From an uncultured Pseudomonadales bacterium (GTDB taxonomy: Bacteria > Patescibacteriota > Microgenomatia > UBA1400 > MFAQ01), in NCBI GenBank assembly GCA_964429015.1, contig CAYSAM010000004.1:1-57350 (forward strand): DNA of 57,350 bases. The letters run 5' to 3'. Position numbers and translations under genes: made by a program. Positions 18,193 through 26,699 of this stretch are shown piece after piece; the stretch's first letter is position 1, and every line of letters starts with the position of its first letter. The notes below the pieces were generated by a model. It ran no database searches and was not told the origin of the DNA. It saw only the letters and a program-made list of their open reading frames with translations.

Positions 18193-19692
18193 GTGAACTG
18201 GCTAAAAAAATACTACTATCTATTTCCCGTACTCCTTTATTTGCCAGCTTTAAGCAATTTTTTTTCTGGGGACGACTGGTTTCACTTGCGCCTAACTCAA
18301 ATTGACTCATTCCAACAGTTTTTTAACTTTTTTTCTTTTTCTCAAAACCAAGAAACAGCCAGTTTTTACAGACCACTCTCAACTCAAGTATTCTTTTTTC
18401 TTTTTCAAAAGCTCTTTGGTCTAACTGCCTGGCCATATTATCTTTTTGGTCTCATTCTTTTTGCTTATATTCTTTACCTCATCAAAAAACTCTCCGAAGT
18501 TTATCTATCATCTACCACCTACCATCTACGATCTACCATCTATCACCTGCCATCTATCATCTACGGACTATCTGTTTCCAACTTCACCAGGGTTTACTTT
18601 CTTTCTGCTTATCAGGAGCTTTTCCTGGTTACTTTTTCACTACTTACTCTAATAAACTACAAAGTTAAACCAAAACTCTCTTTATTATTTTTTATTTTAG
18701 CTCTTATGTCCAAGGAAACAGCCATTGTCCTCCCGGCACTAATCCTACTCCTAAACTATAAATACATAAAAAATAATTTCCAAAGTCTACGATTTACAAT
18801 CTACTCTGCTACCATCTTAAGCGTAGTTTACTTAAACTATCGCCTTCTTCATTTTGGTCTTGCTACTGGTGACAGTTATCTCTGGAACTTTTCACCCACA
18901 AAAATGGTAAACACTTTGGGTTGGTATACTGCTTGGTCTTTTGGTGCTCCAGAACTTCTAGTGGACTATGTAGGAAGTGGACTCAGATTAATTCCAAGAT
19001 TTTTTATAGATTATCCGTACTGGTGGCCAATAATAGTTTTCCCATTGCTGATACTACTTATCGGTACGCTTGTGGCGTTTCTTTTTAACCTTTATCGTCA
19101 TCGCGAAGAGACAAGGTCTCTGTGGCGATCTCCAGCACGGGGATTGCTTCAGTACTTCGTAATTCGCAATGATAGTGTTGGAAAGTTCGCTTTGTTTTTT
19201 GTTATTTCACTTCTACCTGTTTTGTTTTTACCTCAGCATAAGTTTGCCTTAGAGCTTGGTTTGCCTCTCGTTGGTTTTTCTCTCGCCCTTGCCATGTTGT
19301 TGACTGTTTCTAGTAAATTCAACTTTTTGAGTTTTTGTTTTTTTGTACTTTTTATTTTCTATAACCTTTCCATGAACTACCTGACCTACACCAGGCACTA
19401 CTCAGTAAGCAGAAGTCATATTTCCAAAAAGATTTACGAATACTTTTCTCAAAACTATCCCACGCCCCCAGAATACCAGTACTTTGAGTTTATTAATGAC
19501 GCGCAAGATAACGGGAATATTTGGGGACAGTCTAAACAAATCTCTCAAAGCTTGTCTGGGTCGGAATTCTTCAGGGTCTACTACCACCAGCATGCCTACA
19601 AGGTTTATTATCATGATACGGCTGGCGAGAGACCGTCACCTCTGGGCTTCTTGCCAATAGAAATTAGTACAAAGAAATTTTTAAACCAATGA
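18193..19692 (+). CDS. Polytopic membrane glycosyltransferase, GT-C-like (PMT/TMTC-like)
   Basis: 499 aa, GTG start. FFSGDDWFHL...FYRPLSTQVFF first-loop acidic motif and many TM helices. Carries two repeat insertions in frame. Confidence 0.6.
   Translation: MNWLKKYYYLFPVLLYLPALSNFFSGDDWFHLRLTQIDSFQQFFNFFSFSQNQETASFYRPLSTQVFFFLFQKLFGLTAWPYYLFGLILFAYILYLIKKLSEVYLSSTTYHLRSTIYHLPSIIYGLSVSNFTRVYFLSAYQELFLVTFSLLTLINYKVKPKLSLLFFILALMSKETAIVLPALILLLNYKYIKNNFQSLRFTIYSATILSVVYLNYRLLHFGLATGDSYLWNFSPTKMVNTLGWYTAWSFGAPELLVDYVGSGLRLIPRFFIDYPYWWPIIVFPLLILLIGTLVAFLFNLYRHREETRSLWRSPARGLLQYFVIRNDSVGKFALFFVISLLPVLFLPQHKFALELGLPLVGFSLALAMLLTVSSKFNFLSFCFFVLFIFYNLSMNYLTYTRHYSVSRSHISKKIYEYFSQNYPTPPEYQYFEFINDAQDNGNIWGQSKQISQSLSGSEFFRVYYHQHAYKVYYHDTAGERPSPLGFLPIEISTKKFLNQ
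18503..18574. repeat. Degenerate ATCTA-based 7/14-bp microsatellite inside the coding sequence
   Basis: ATCTACCACCTACC / ATCTACGATCTACC / ATCTATCACCTGCC / ATCTATCATCTACG (18510-18565) plus partial flanking units. Translates as SSTTYHLRSTIYHLPSIIYGLS. Confidence 0.75.
19096..19174. repeat. Palindromic REP/MITE-like element inserted in frame in the GT-C gene
   Basis: CGTCATCGCGAAG, hairpin GAGAC-AAG-GTCTC, GGCGATCTCC, AGCAC, GGGGATTGC ... TTCGCAATGATA. Same module order and terminal inverted repeats as 56750-56858. Translates as RHREETRSLWRSPARGLLQYFVIRNDS. Confidence 0.65.
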
Positions 19693-21356
19693 CCAAAAAA
19701 ACCAGAATCTCCATTCTTCTTTTAGCCTTTATTTTTCTATTTGGATTTTTTCTTAGAGTTTATCGTCTAAATTTAAACATTCCAGAACTTTACTCTGACG
19801 AAGTAGGGCATTACTATTTTTACAATGCTCTCAAGTCTCCAAACACAACTCTGGTTAGTAAGCTATTTTTTCTACCTTTTACTTTTACCTGGATATTTGG
19901 TTTAAACCCCTTTGGAGTTCGTGTTGCCTCGGTACTTTTTGGCTCGCTCACCATAATCGCTGGTTACTATTTTGCCAAAACTATCTCCAAACAAACTGGA
20001 ACTAATTTGTACTTAAGAATTGCTCTGGTCTATTCTGCCCTCATGGCGGTATTACCTTGGAATTTTTCAATTAGTAGACTCGGTCACACTCACGTGCCCA
20101 TTATTGTTTTGACAGCCTTACTGCATCTATTTTTGTATATAAAATCCAAAACAAACCTTGAAAAATTAGCCTCATTTATTCCCTTTTTAATTGGGTCTTA
20201 CTACTATCCAAATCTTCTGCTAATGTCGCCCCTAATTTTGCTTCTACCCATAAAAGAGATTTTTTTTGGTAATAAATCTAGATTGGTACAAAATCTTTTA
20301 CTATTTTTCGCCTTTGGCTCTGTTTGTTTAGGCTTATTAATTTTTAAATACGAGGTGTTTAGTAAAACCGCTAGGGGGCTAGATTTGGCAATTTGGAATG
20401 ATGTCAACACTACTTACAATACAGATAAATTCAGAGGTCTTTCCCAAAAGTCTGATGTAAGTATTTTTTCTCTGCACCAAAACCCCGAAATAATACTAAA
20501 CAAGGTTTTTTTTAATAGACTTTCCGCTACGGCTCAAGTTTTTACTAAAAACTATTTTTCCTTTTTTAGTCCCAACTTTCTATTTTTAAAAGGTGATAAT
20601 ATTCTTCGCCACTCCACTGGAATGGTAGGGAGTTTTTATCTGTTTCTTCTTCCCTTTATGTTGTACGGAGGATATCTCTTTTATAACAATCAAACCACAA
20701 GAAACAAAATTATTTTTACCACCTGGTTACTGGCTTCTCCAATTCCAGCTGCCATTACCAAGGATGGCGACAGTTATCTTTTAAGAGCTATAACCCTTAT
20801 GCCACTATTAACCTATTTTTGTTCTTTGGGAATTGTAAGCTTCTTATCTGTTATTAATGCTTGGCGATATAAAGCTGTTTACTTACTAGTTCTGGGAACC
20901 ATTGCATTTTCCTCAATTTTTTACTACTTTTTTGGTTATTTCCATGTTTATCCGGGTTTAGCTAAGGACAGTTTTGAGTATGGCTTTAAAAACCTTTCTG
21001 ACTTTCAGCTCCTCCACCCAAAAAAACTACTCATAACTTGGGAAGATAAATACCCATATCTTCAATTTTGCTTTTGGCAAAATAGGCCAATAGCTGGCTG
21101 TAAATTTGAGGATACAAATACAAGAGAAGTAAGTGGAGAAAGTCGAGCTGATCTGCCAATAAGTAACTTGCTTTTTAGCTTGCCAAAAAACGAAATAGAT
21201 TTAAACAAAATCGTCAATAAATATCAACCTGACTACATTGCTGTATCTAGCCGATACTTTAGTATGTACCCAAATTTCTTTACTAACAAAAAACTAGCTG
21301 CAGAAATAAAAAATCCAGACGATACTGTTAGCTTTAGAGTATATTTACTAGATTAA
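19689..21356 (+). CDS. Polytopic membrane glycosyltransferase, GT39/ArnT-like (GT-C)
   Basis: 555 aa. Early loop LYSDEVGHYYF (acidic DE motif), about 11 TM helices, soluble C-terminal domain. ATGA overlap upstream. Confidence 0.65.
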   Translation: MTKKTRISILLLAFIFLFGFFLRVYRLNLNIPELYSDEVGHYYFYNALKSPNTTLVSKLFFLPFTFTWIFGLNPFGVRVASVLFGSLTIIAGYYFAKTISKQTGTNLYLRIALVYSALMAVLPWNFSISRLGHTHVPIIVLTALLHLFLYIKSKTNLEKLASFIPFLIGSYYYPNLLLMSPLILLLPIKEIFFGNKSRLVQNLLLFFAFGSVCLGLLIFKYEVFSKTARGLDLAIWNDVNTTYNTDKFRGLSQKSDVSIFSLHQNPEIILNKVFFNRLSATAQVFTKNYFSFFSPNFLFLKGDNILRHSTGMVGSFYLFLLPFMLYGGYLFYNNQTTRNKIIFTTWLLASPIPAAITKDGDSYLLRAITLMPLLTYFCSLGIVSFLSVINAWRYKAVYLLVLGTIAFSSIFYYFFGYFHVYPGLAKDSFEYGFKNLSDFQLLHPKKLLITWEDKYPYLQFCFWQNRPIAGCKFEDTNTREVSGESRADLPISNLLFSLPKNEIDLNKIVNKYQPDYIAVSSRYFSMYPNFFTNKKLAAEIKNPDDTVSFRVYLLD

Positions 21357-21391
21357 CTATAGTAAATTTTTTTCGTTGTACAATCAAAAAT

Positions 21392-22420
21392 ATGTCCAAA
21401 CAAAAAACCGCGGTTATTATTGGCGTTAGTTCTCAAGATGGATCTTATTTAGCTGATCTATTATTATCAAAAAACTATCGTGTCGTTGGTACTATTCGCA
21501 GATCAACCACATTAGTTCACGAAAACATAGAACACCTCAAGGGGAAAATAATTATTACCGCTGCAGATCTTATCGATCAAGAGTCACTCAATCGGGTAAT
21601 GCAAGAATATCAGCCAGACGAAGTTTACAATATTGCTGCACAGTCTGTTCCTGGTGATAGTTGGAGTCATCCGATGTATACAGGTGAAGTTACCGCATTA
21701 GGACCCGTAAGGGTCTTTGAGGCCGTGCGCCACTTTTGCCCAAAAGCAAAGGTTTATCAAGCCACTTCTCGCGAGATTTATGGCGGAGTAGAGGGTGTAG
21801 AAAGTGCAAACGAACAAACTCCAGTTTTTGCTAACAATCCTTACGGTATTGCCAAAGCTTACGCTCACATGATGATTGATTGTTATAGAAAGTCGTATGG
21901 GATGTTTGTTTGTGGGGGCATGCTTTTTAATCACGAGTCTCCAAGAAGAGGACTGCATTTTGTTACTCGCAAAATTAGTATGGGTGTTGCCTGTATAAAG
22001 CTTGGTATAAAAAACCCTCCTATAAACGAGTTGGGTGAGCCCCTCGTTGACGCGAATAGTAAGCTTCACCTGGGGGATCTTAATGCCATGAGAGATTGGG
22101 GTTATTCTAAAGAATATGTCGAAGCAATGTGGCTAATGTTGCAGCAAGATACTCCAAAAGATTTTGTAATTGGCACTAACACAAATTATTCAATAAAGGA
22201 CGCTTGTAAGGCTGCTTTTGAACATGTTGGCTTAAATTGGGAAGATCACGTCATTTCAAACCAAAAACTTATTAGGCCCACAGAAATTACAGACATGAAA
22301 GGGGACTTCAGTTTAGCCAAAAAAGAACTAGGTTGGGAACCTAAAGTCTTTATGCCCGAACTTATGGCGCTAATGGTAGATTCCGATCTTGACTGGCTAA
22401 AATCCCATAATGTAAAATAG
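21392..22420 (+). CDS. gmd: GDP-mannose 4,6-dehydratase
   Basis: GVSSQDGSYLADLLLSKNYRVVGTIRRSTT, YNIAAQS, LFNHESPRRG, RDWGYSKEYVEAMWLMLQQ are hallmark Gmd motifs. Confidence 0.92.
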   Translation: MSKQKTAVIIGVSSQDGSYLADLLLSKNYRVVGTIRRSTTLVHENIEHLKGKIIITAADLIDQESLNRVMQEYQPDEVYNIAAQSVPGDSWSHPMYTGEVTALGPVRVFEAVRHFCPKAKVYQATSREIYGGVEGVESANEQTPVFANNPYGIAKAYAHMMIDCYRKSYGMFVCGGMLFNHESPRRGLHFVTRKISMGVACIKLGIKNPPINELGEPLVDANSKLHLGDLNAMRDWGYSKEYVEAMWLMLQQDTPKDFVIGTNTNYSIKDACKAAFEHVGLNWEDHVISNQKLIRPTEITDMKGDFSLAKKELGWEPKVFMPELMALMVDSDLDWLKSHNVK

Positions 22421-22423
22421 GGT

Positions 22424-23416
22424 ATGTCAGAAAGACCTAAAGTAATGGTGACTGGAGCCTCAGGGTTTTTTGGTGCCACGATGATGGAACATTTAAGTGG
22501 TGAAGACGTTATTGGTGTAACTAGAAACACTGACACCGAAATAGCTGAGAGGCTTGGCCTAAAAAAACTAGATGTGGGAAGTAAAGAGGATACCGCTCAA
22601 TTTATTCATGATCAATTACCTGAAACTATCTTTCACTTTTATGGTGTCTCAAGACCTAAAGAAGTAGCAGAAAATCCCTTAGTAGCAAAGACGGCAAACA
22701 TTGATTCGGTCTTAAATATTTTAGGTGCTATCCATAATGCTAGGAAAAAATTTACAAACTATAATCCATGTGTTGTGGTTTCTGGTTCGGTTGAGCAAAT
22801 AGGAGATTCAAAAATACCAGAACAAATTTTAGACGAAACTTCTCCAAGAAACCCTCAAAATTTATATGCTACCCAAAAGCAAGAGATGTCTGAAACATTT
22901 TTGAGCCTTTGTCAAAAACTTAACATCGATGGTTATGTAGTTCTTCAGGGTCCAGCTACAGGTTCTAGTCCTAGTGGTGAAGTTAGTCAAAGCCTTGGGT
23001 TTTTAATTCCAGATATGGCCGCTCAAATCGCTATATTGGAGCAAGGTGAAACAGATGGTGTTGTAATCACTGGTAATATTAACCACAAAAGAAATATTGT
23101 CAATATTAATGACGCCATCGCCTCGTATATTGCACTGGCTACCAAAAAACCAATTTCTGGGGAGTACTTAGTTTGTGCTGATAAAAGTGTAGCACTAAGC
23201 CATGTTTTAAAGGTTATGATCGAAAACGCAAAAATAAATTTAACTCATCAGGTTGACTCTTCTAGAGGTTTTGGTAAAGCTACAGATCGCTACTATACTC
23301 ACCAAAAAATTACTACTGCAACTGGTTGGAAGCCAAAAACATCTATCGAAGAAACAGCAATTGACGTTCTCAACTTTCAAAGAAAGCAACTAAGAGAATT
23401 GGATGGAGTAAGATAA
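22424..23416 (+). CDS. Extended SDR, NAD(P)-dependent epimerase/reductase (probable GDP-4-keto-6-deoxymannose reductase or epimerase/reductase)
   Basis: VMVTGASGFFG (GxxGxxG) and YATQK (YxxxK). Starts 3 nt after gmd. Confidence 0.7.
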   Translation: MSERPKVMVTGASGFFGATMMEHLSGEDVIGVTRNTDTEIAERLGLKKLDVGSKEDTAQFIHDQLPETIFHFYGVSRPKEVAENPLVAKTANIDSVLNILGAIHNARKKFTNYNPCVVVSGSVEQIGDSKIPEQILDETSPRNPQNLYATQKQEMSETFLSLCQKLNIDGYVVLQGPATGSSPSGEVSQSLGFLIPDMAAQIAILEQGETDGVVITGNINHKRNIVNINDAIASYIALATKKPISGEYLVCADKSVALSHVLKVMIENAKINLTHQVDSSRGFGKATDRYYTHQKITTATGWKPKTSIEETAIDVLNFQRKQLRELDGVR

Positions 23417-23420
23417 AACA

Positions 23421-24689
23421 GTGAAAAAACTACTCAATGCTCTTAAATCCCAAACCATAAAGGATAGTTTTATTGTTTTTGTCGGTTTAGGAGTTACGGC
23501 ATTTTTAGGTTTCGTTTATACAGTTATCATGGCTAGAGTTTTAAAGCCAGACAGCTTTGGTGTTTTTGCCTCCATTACCTCACTTATCGCAATTGTTTAC
23601 AGTTTAGGTGATCTTGGTATTGGACCGGCAATAATTAGTTTTTTACCAAAAGCAAAAGACAAGAAAAAACTCATTGAAACCACTTTTTGGTTTCAGTATT
23701 TTATTGGACTTTTTATAGCTTTGTGTTTTTGGCTACTATCTCAAAAATCGATGTATATCATTCCTGGTTCTACCTCTCAGCACTTTTTATTGGTTGGCTC
23801 ACTGTGTTTTAATTACATTCTTATTGGTTGGATGCAGTCTGTCTTTACTGCTGAAAAAAACTTTATTAAACTATCAGCAAGTCAAATAATTGACGCCGTC
23901 ATCAAAATTTCTCTTGTTTTTTTCTTTTTAAAGGTTGGCAAGTTAAACACTTCAACTGCGATTATGGCCAACTGTCTTTCAACTGTGGTGGCTATATTTT
24001 TAACTTTTTGGCGCAGCTTACTCCTAATTAATTTTGGTTTTAGTAAAAATTCGTTTTCCAAAATATACCACTACTCAAAGTGGATTGCTTTATCTAGATT
24101 TTTTTCTGTTTTTTATTCGCGCATAGACGTGCTTTTACTCAACCTTCTTACTACAAGTTTTGCAGCAGGCATATTCGCAGCTGCTAGCAGAGTAACTCTT
24201 TTGTTTGCCATGATTGTTTCTAGCCTGGGAGCTGTTATCAATGCTCGCTTTGCAGTCTTTGTAAGCCATAAAGAAGTTAGGGATTATTCCAAAAAACTTT
24301 TTTTGCTAGTTGGTTTAATATCCTCACTGCTGTTACTAACAGTCATTTTTGCTAAGCCAATAATTGTGTTTGTATTTGGTGGAAGCTTTATTCAATCAGT
24401 GTTGATTTTTCAGTTACTAGCATTATCCATGATCCCATTTTTATTTTCGGTTATTTTTACTGCCGCCCTACTTTATACCTACCACCAAACCAAGTTTTAT
24501 GCCTATACAAGTCTGATTCAGTTTGTTTTAATAGTTGTTATAGACCTATTATTTATCCCAAAAATTGGCGTCTACGCTCCTATTTTGGGATCAGCCATTT
24601 CTAATCTATTGGTTTTTGTTATTTCTGCTGTCAAACTATTAAGTCTGTTCAAAACAAATTCTTTCAACTCAAAAAAGGTTGTATTTTAA
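23421..24689 (+). CDS. Oligosaccharide/polysaccharide flippase (MOP/Wzx family), second copy
   Basis: 422 aa, GTG start, about 12 TM helices, no soluble domain. Confidence 0.7.
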   Translation: MKKLLNALKSQTIKDSFIVFVGLGVTAFLGFVYTVIMARVLKPDSFGVFASITSLIAIVYSLGDLGIGPAIISFLPKAKDKKKLIETTFWFQYFIGLFIALCFWLLSQKSMYIIPGSTSQHFLLVGSLCFNYILIGWMQSVFTAEKNFIKLSASQIIDAVIKISLVFFFLKVGKLNTSTAIMANCLSTVVAIFLTFWRSLLLINFGFSKNSFSKIYHYSKWIALSRFFSVFYSRIDVLLLNLLTTSFAAGIFAAASRVTLLFAMIVSSLGAVINARFAVFVSHKEVRDYSKKLFLLVGLISSLLLLTVIFAKPIIVFVFGGSFIQSVLIFQLLALSMIPFLFSVIFTAALLYTYHQTKFYAYTSLIQFVLIVVIDLLFIPKIGVYAPILGSAISNLLVFVISAVKLLSLFKTNSFNSKKVVF

Positions 24690-25382
24690 TATACAGTATA
24701 GAGCCCAAACGCCATCTCGCCAATTTATTTTTTTACCCTGGTCGTATTTTCTGCCTTTGTAACTTATTCCCACCTCATAGACCCTACAGCTCATTCTTGC
24801 AATTTTTGCAGTAATTTCAGGCTCAAAACCAAATCTATTTTCCTTAATTCTTATTTTTTTTATAATTTCAGTTTTGAAAACTTTATAACCAGTTTCCATG
24901 TCGGTTAAATTTAGGTTGGTTAACATATTAGAAATCAGAGTCAAAAATTTGTTTGCCACCATATGCCAAAAAAATAATACCCTGTGAGGTCTGTCACCCA
25001 TAAATCTTGAACCATATACAACATCCGCATACTCATCTAATATGGGTTGTAGGAGGTTTACAATTTCTTTTGGGTCATACTCCAAATCAGCATCCTGTAT
25101 TAGGACCATATCACCCGTCACCTTTTTTAATCCTGCTCTTATCGCAGCACCCTTTCCTTTGTTTTTTTTCAGCCTTACAACTTTAATCGTTACACCACTT
25201 TTTATATTTTGTTTTTTTGATTTTTTGATTTTTAAAAAAGTATGGTCTGTGGAACCATCATCCACAACGATAATTTCTTTTCGAACATCTCCAGTGACCG
25301 CCTCCACAATTTCAGTAATGGCCCTCCCAACAAAATTTCTTTCGTTGTATACAGGAACGATAATTGAAAGCTTTCTTTTCAT
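24669..25382 (-). CDS. GT2 polyprenyl-phosphate glycosyltransferase (GtrB/DPM1-like)
   Basis: LSIIVPVYNE, VVDDGSTD, IQDADLEYDP, YGSRF, FGFEPEI. 21-nt convergent overlap with the flippase. Confidence 0.85.
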   Translation of the reverse strand: MKRKLSIIVPVYNERNFVGRAITEIVEAVTGDVRKEIIVVDDGSTDHTFLKIKKSKKQNIKSGVTIKVVRLKKNKGKGAAIRAGLKKVTGDMVLIQDADLEYDPKEIVNLLQPILDEYADVVYGSRFMGDRPHRVLFFWHMVANKFLTLISNMLTNLNLTDMETGYKVFKTEIIKKIRIKENRFGFEPEITAKIARMSCRVYEVGISYKGRKYDQGKKINWRDGVWALYCILKYNLF

Positions 25383-25400
25383 TTATTTGTATAATTAACT

Positions 25401-26699
25401 GTGGCCACATTTTATCAGTATTTTGTTGTACTACTTATATCACTTTTCCAAGTTGTTTTTGTTTATATAAAAGGATACTTTTTGTCTATTGAATTTACTT
25501 TGTATCCCTACTTAACTCAAAAAGGGTTTTTGCCATATAAAAATATTGTTGATCAGCATTTCCCCAGTCTTTTTTTTGGCACGTTTTCCTTACCTTTGCT
25601 CTCTAGTAGCAGCCACATACCTCTTCTTATTCTTTTTTTGGGAATTTTGGTTGGCTCCAATTTACTGCTTTTTAGATACTTAAAAAAAACAAAAACCATT
25701 TATTCGCTTGCCTGGGTTGCTTTGTATTCTTTGTTAATGTGCTATTTTGCTGGCAATGTTTTATGGATTGAAATTGTAATAAATATTTTAATTTTAATCT
25801 CACTAAACTTATCTTCTTCCAATGGTAGACATCTAAAGTTAATTTCTGGTTTAGTTATTTCTCAAGCAATAATTATTAGGCCTACTTTAGCTCCTGCTAT
25901 TTTCCTGTTGTTTTTTTGGCTCAAGGAAATTAGTTTGGAGGGATTACTTGGTGCTGCGTTGGGAACAATTTTTAGTTTATATTACCTTACTCACAATCAT
26001 CTTACTACTGACTTTTTTAATCTTGTTATTGATTTTAACTCTCGAGTATACTCCAAAGTCACTCATCCACTTCCCACACTAAAGCAGATATTGCCAGTTA
26101 TTTTCTTGCTGCTCTTATTTCTAGCTGGACTTATTCGTCAACATAAGACACTTGTTTTTTTTATCATTCTCCTTTCCTTGTTATCTGCCTATCCCCGTTT
26201 TGGATTTGAACACTTACAACCTTTTGTTTTGGTCTGGATAATTCTGGGAGCCATTAACCAAGTTTTAGATAAAAAACATTTACTTGTTTGTTCTCTAATT
26301 TTTATATTTTTATCTCTATATAGTTTGTACAAAAATCAATATGGCAACTATTTTTATTCACCAGAAGTACTAGAGCTCGCAAACAAAGTTTCTCGCATTC
26401 CAAGCACTGAAATTTATCTTTTTGGTACTTCAGACCTTATCTATCCCTTAAGCAACAAGGTTCCACCTCAAAAAACCTACATACCTTCTTTGTCTTGGTA
26501 TCTTAATTACTACCCCATTCAAAAAAAACTGTATGAATCATTAGAAAGTAGTAGTGCCCCTGTCATTGTTGACACTCAATTTTCTGTAGATGGAATACCT
26601 CTAATAGAATCAGCCCAAAATGTCTATCTATACATTAAAATGAACTACAAACTAGTTAGTACTGATGGTCGATATGAGTTTTATTACAAAAAAATATGA
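25401..26699 (+). CDS. Polytopic membrane protein, GT-C-like (GT39/83-like)
   Basis: 432 aa, GTG start. First loop KGFLPYKNIVDQHFPSLFF resembles the PYxD-xxD-xxP loop of ArnT/PMT_2-type enzymes. About 11 TM helices plus a soluble C-terminus. Confidence 0.5.
   Translation: MATFYQYFVVLLISLFQVVFVYIKGYFLSIEFTLYPYLTQKGFLPYKNIVDQHFPSLFFGTFSLPLLSSSSHIPLLILFLGILVGSNLLLFRYLKKTKTIYSLAWVALYSLLMCYFAGNVLWIEIVINILILISLNLSSSNGRHLKLISGLVISQAIIIRPTLAPAIFLLFFWLKEISLEGLLGAALGTIFSLYYLTHNHLTTDFFNLVIDFNSRVYSKVTHPLPTLKQILPVIFLLLLFLAGLIRQHKTLVFFIILLSLLSAYPRFGFEHLQPFVLVWIILGAINQVLDKKHLLVCSLIFIFLSLYSLYKNQYGNYFYSPEVLELANKVSRIPSTEIYLFGTSDLIYPLSNKVPPQKTYIPSLSWYLNYYPIQKKLYESLESSSAPVIVDTQFSVDGIPLIESAQNVYLYIKMNYKLVSTDGRYEFYYKKI

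Noticed and set aside
18142-18574. Possible CRISPR array, suggested by the short regular repeats.
   Set aside because: The units are only 7-14 bp and directly abutting, with no spacers. One tract is inside a CDS, and there are no cas genes in the window.
25042-25398. 118-aa plus-strand ORF antisense to the GtrB-like GT2.
   Set aside because: Same reasoning: the opposite strand encodes a complete, motif-rich GT2.
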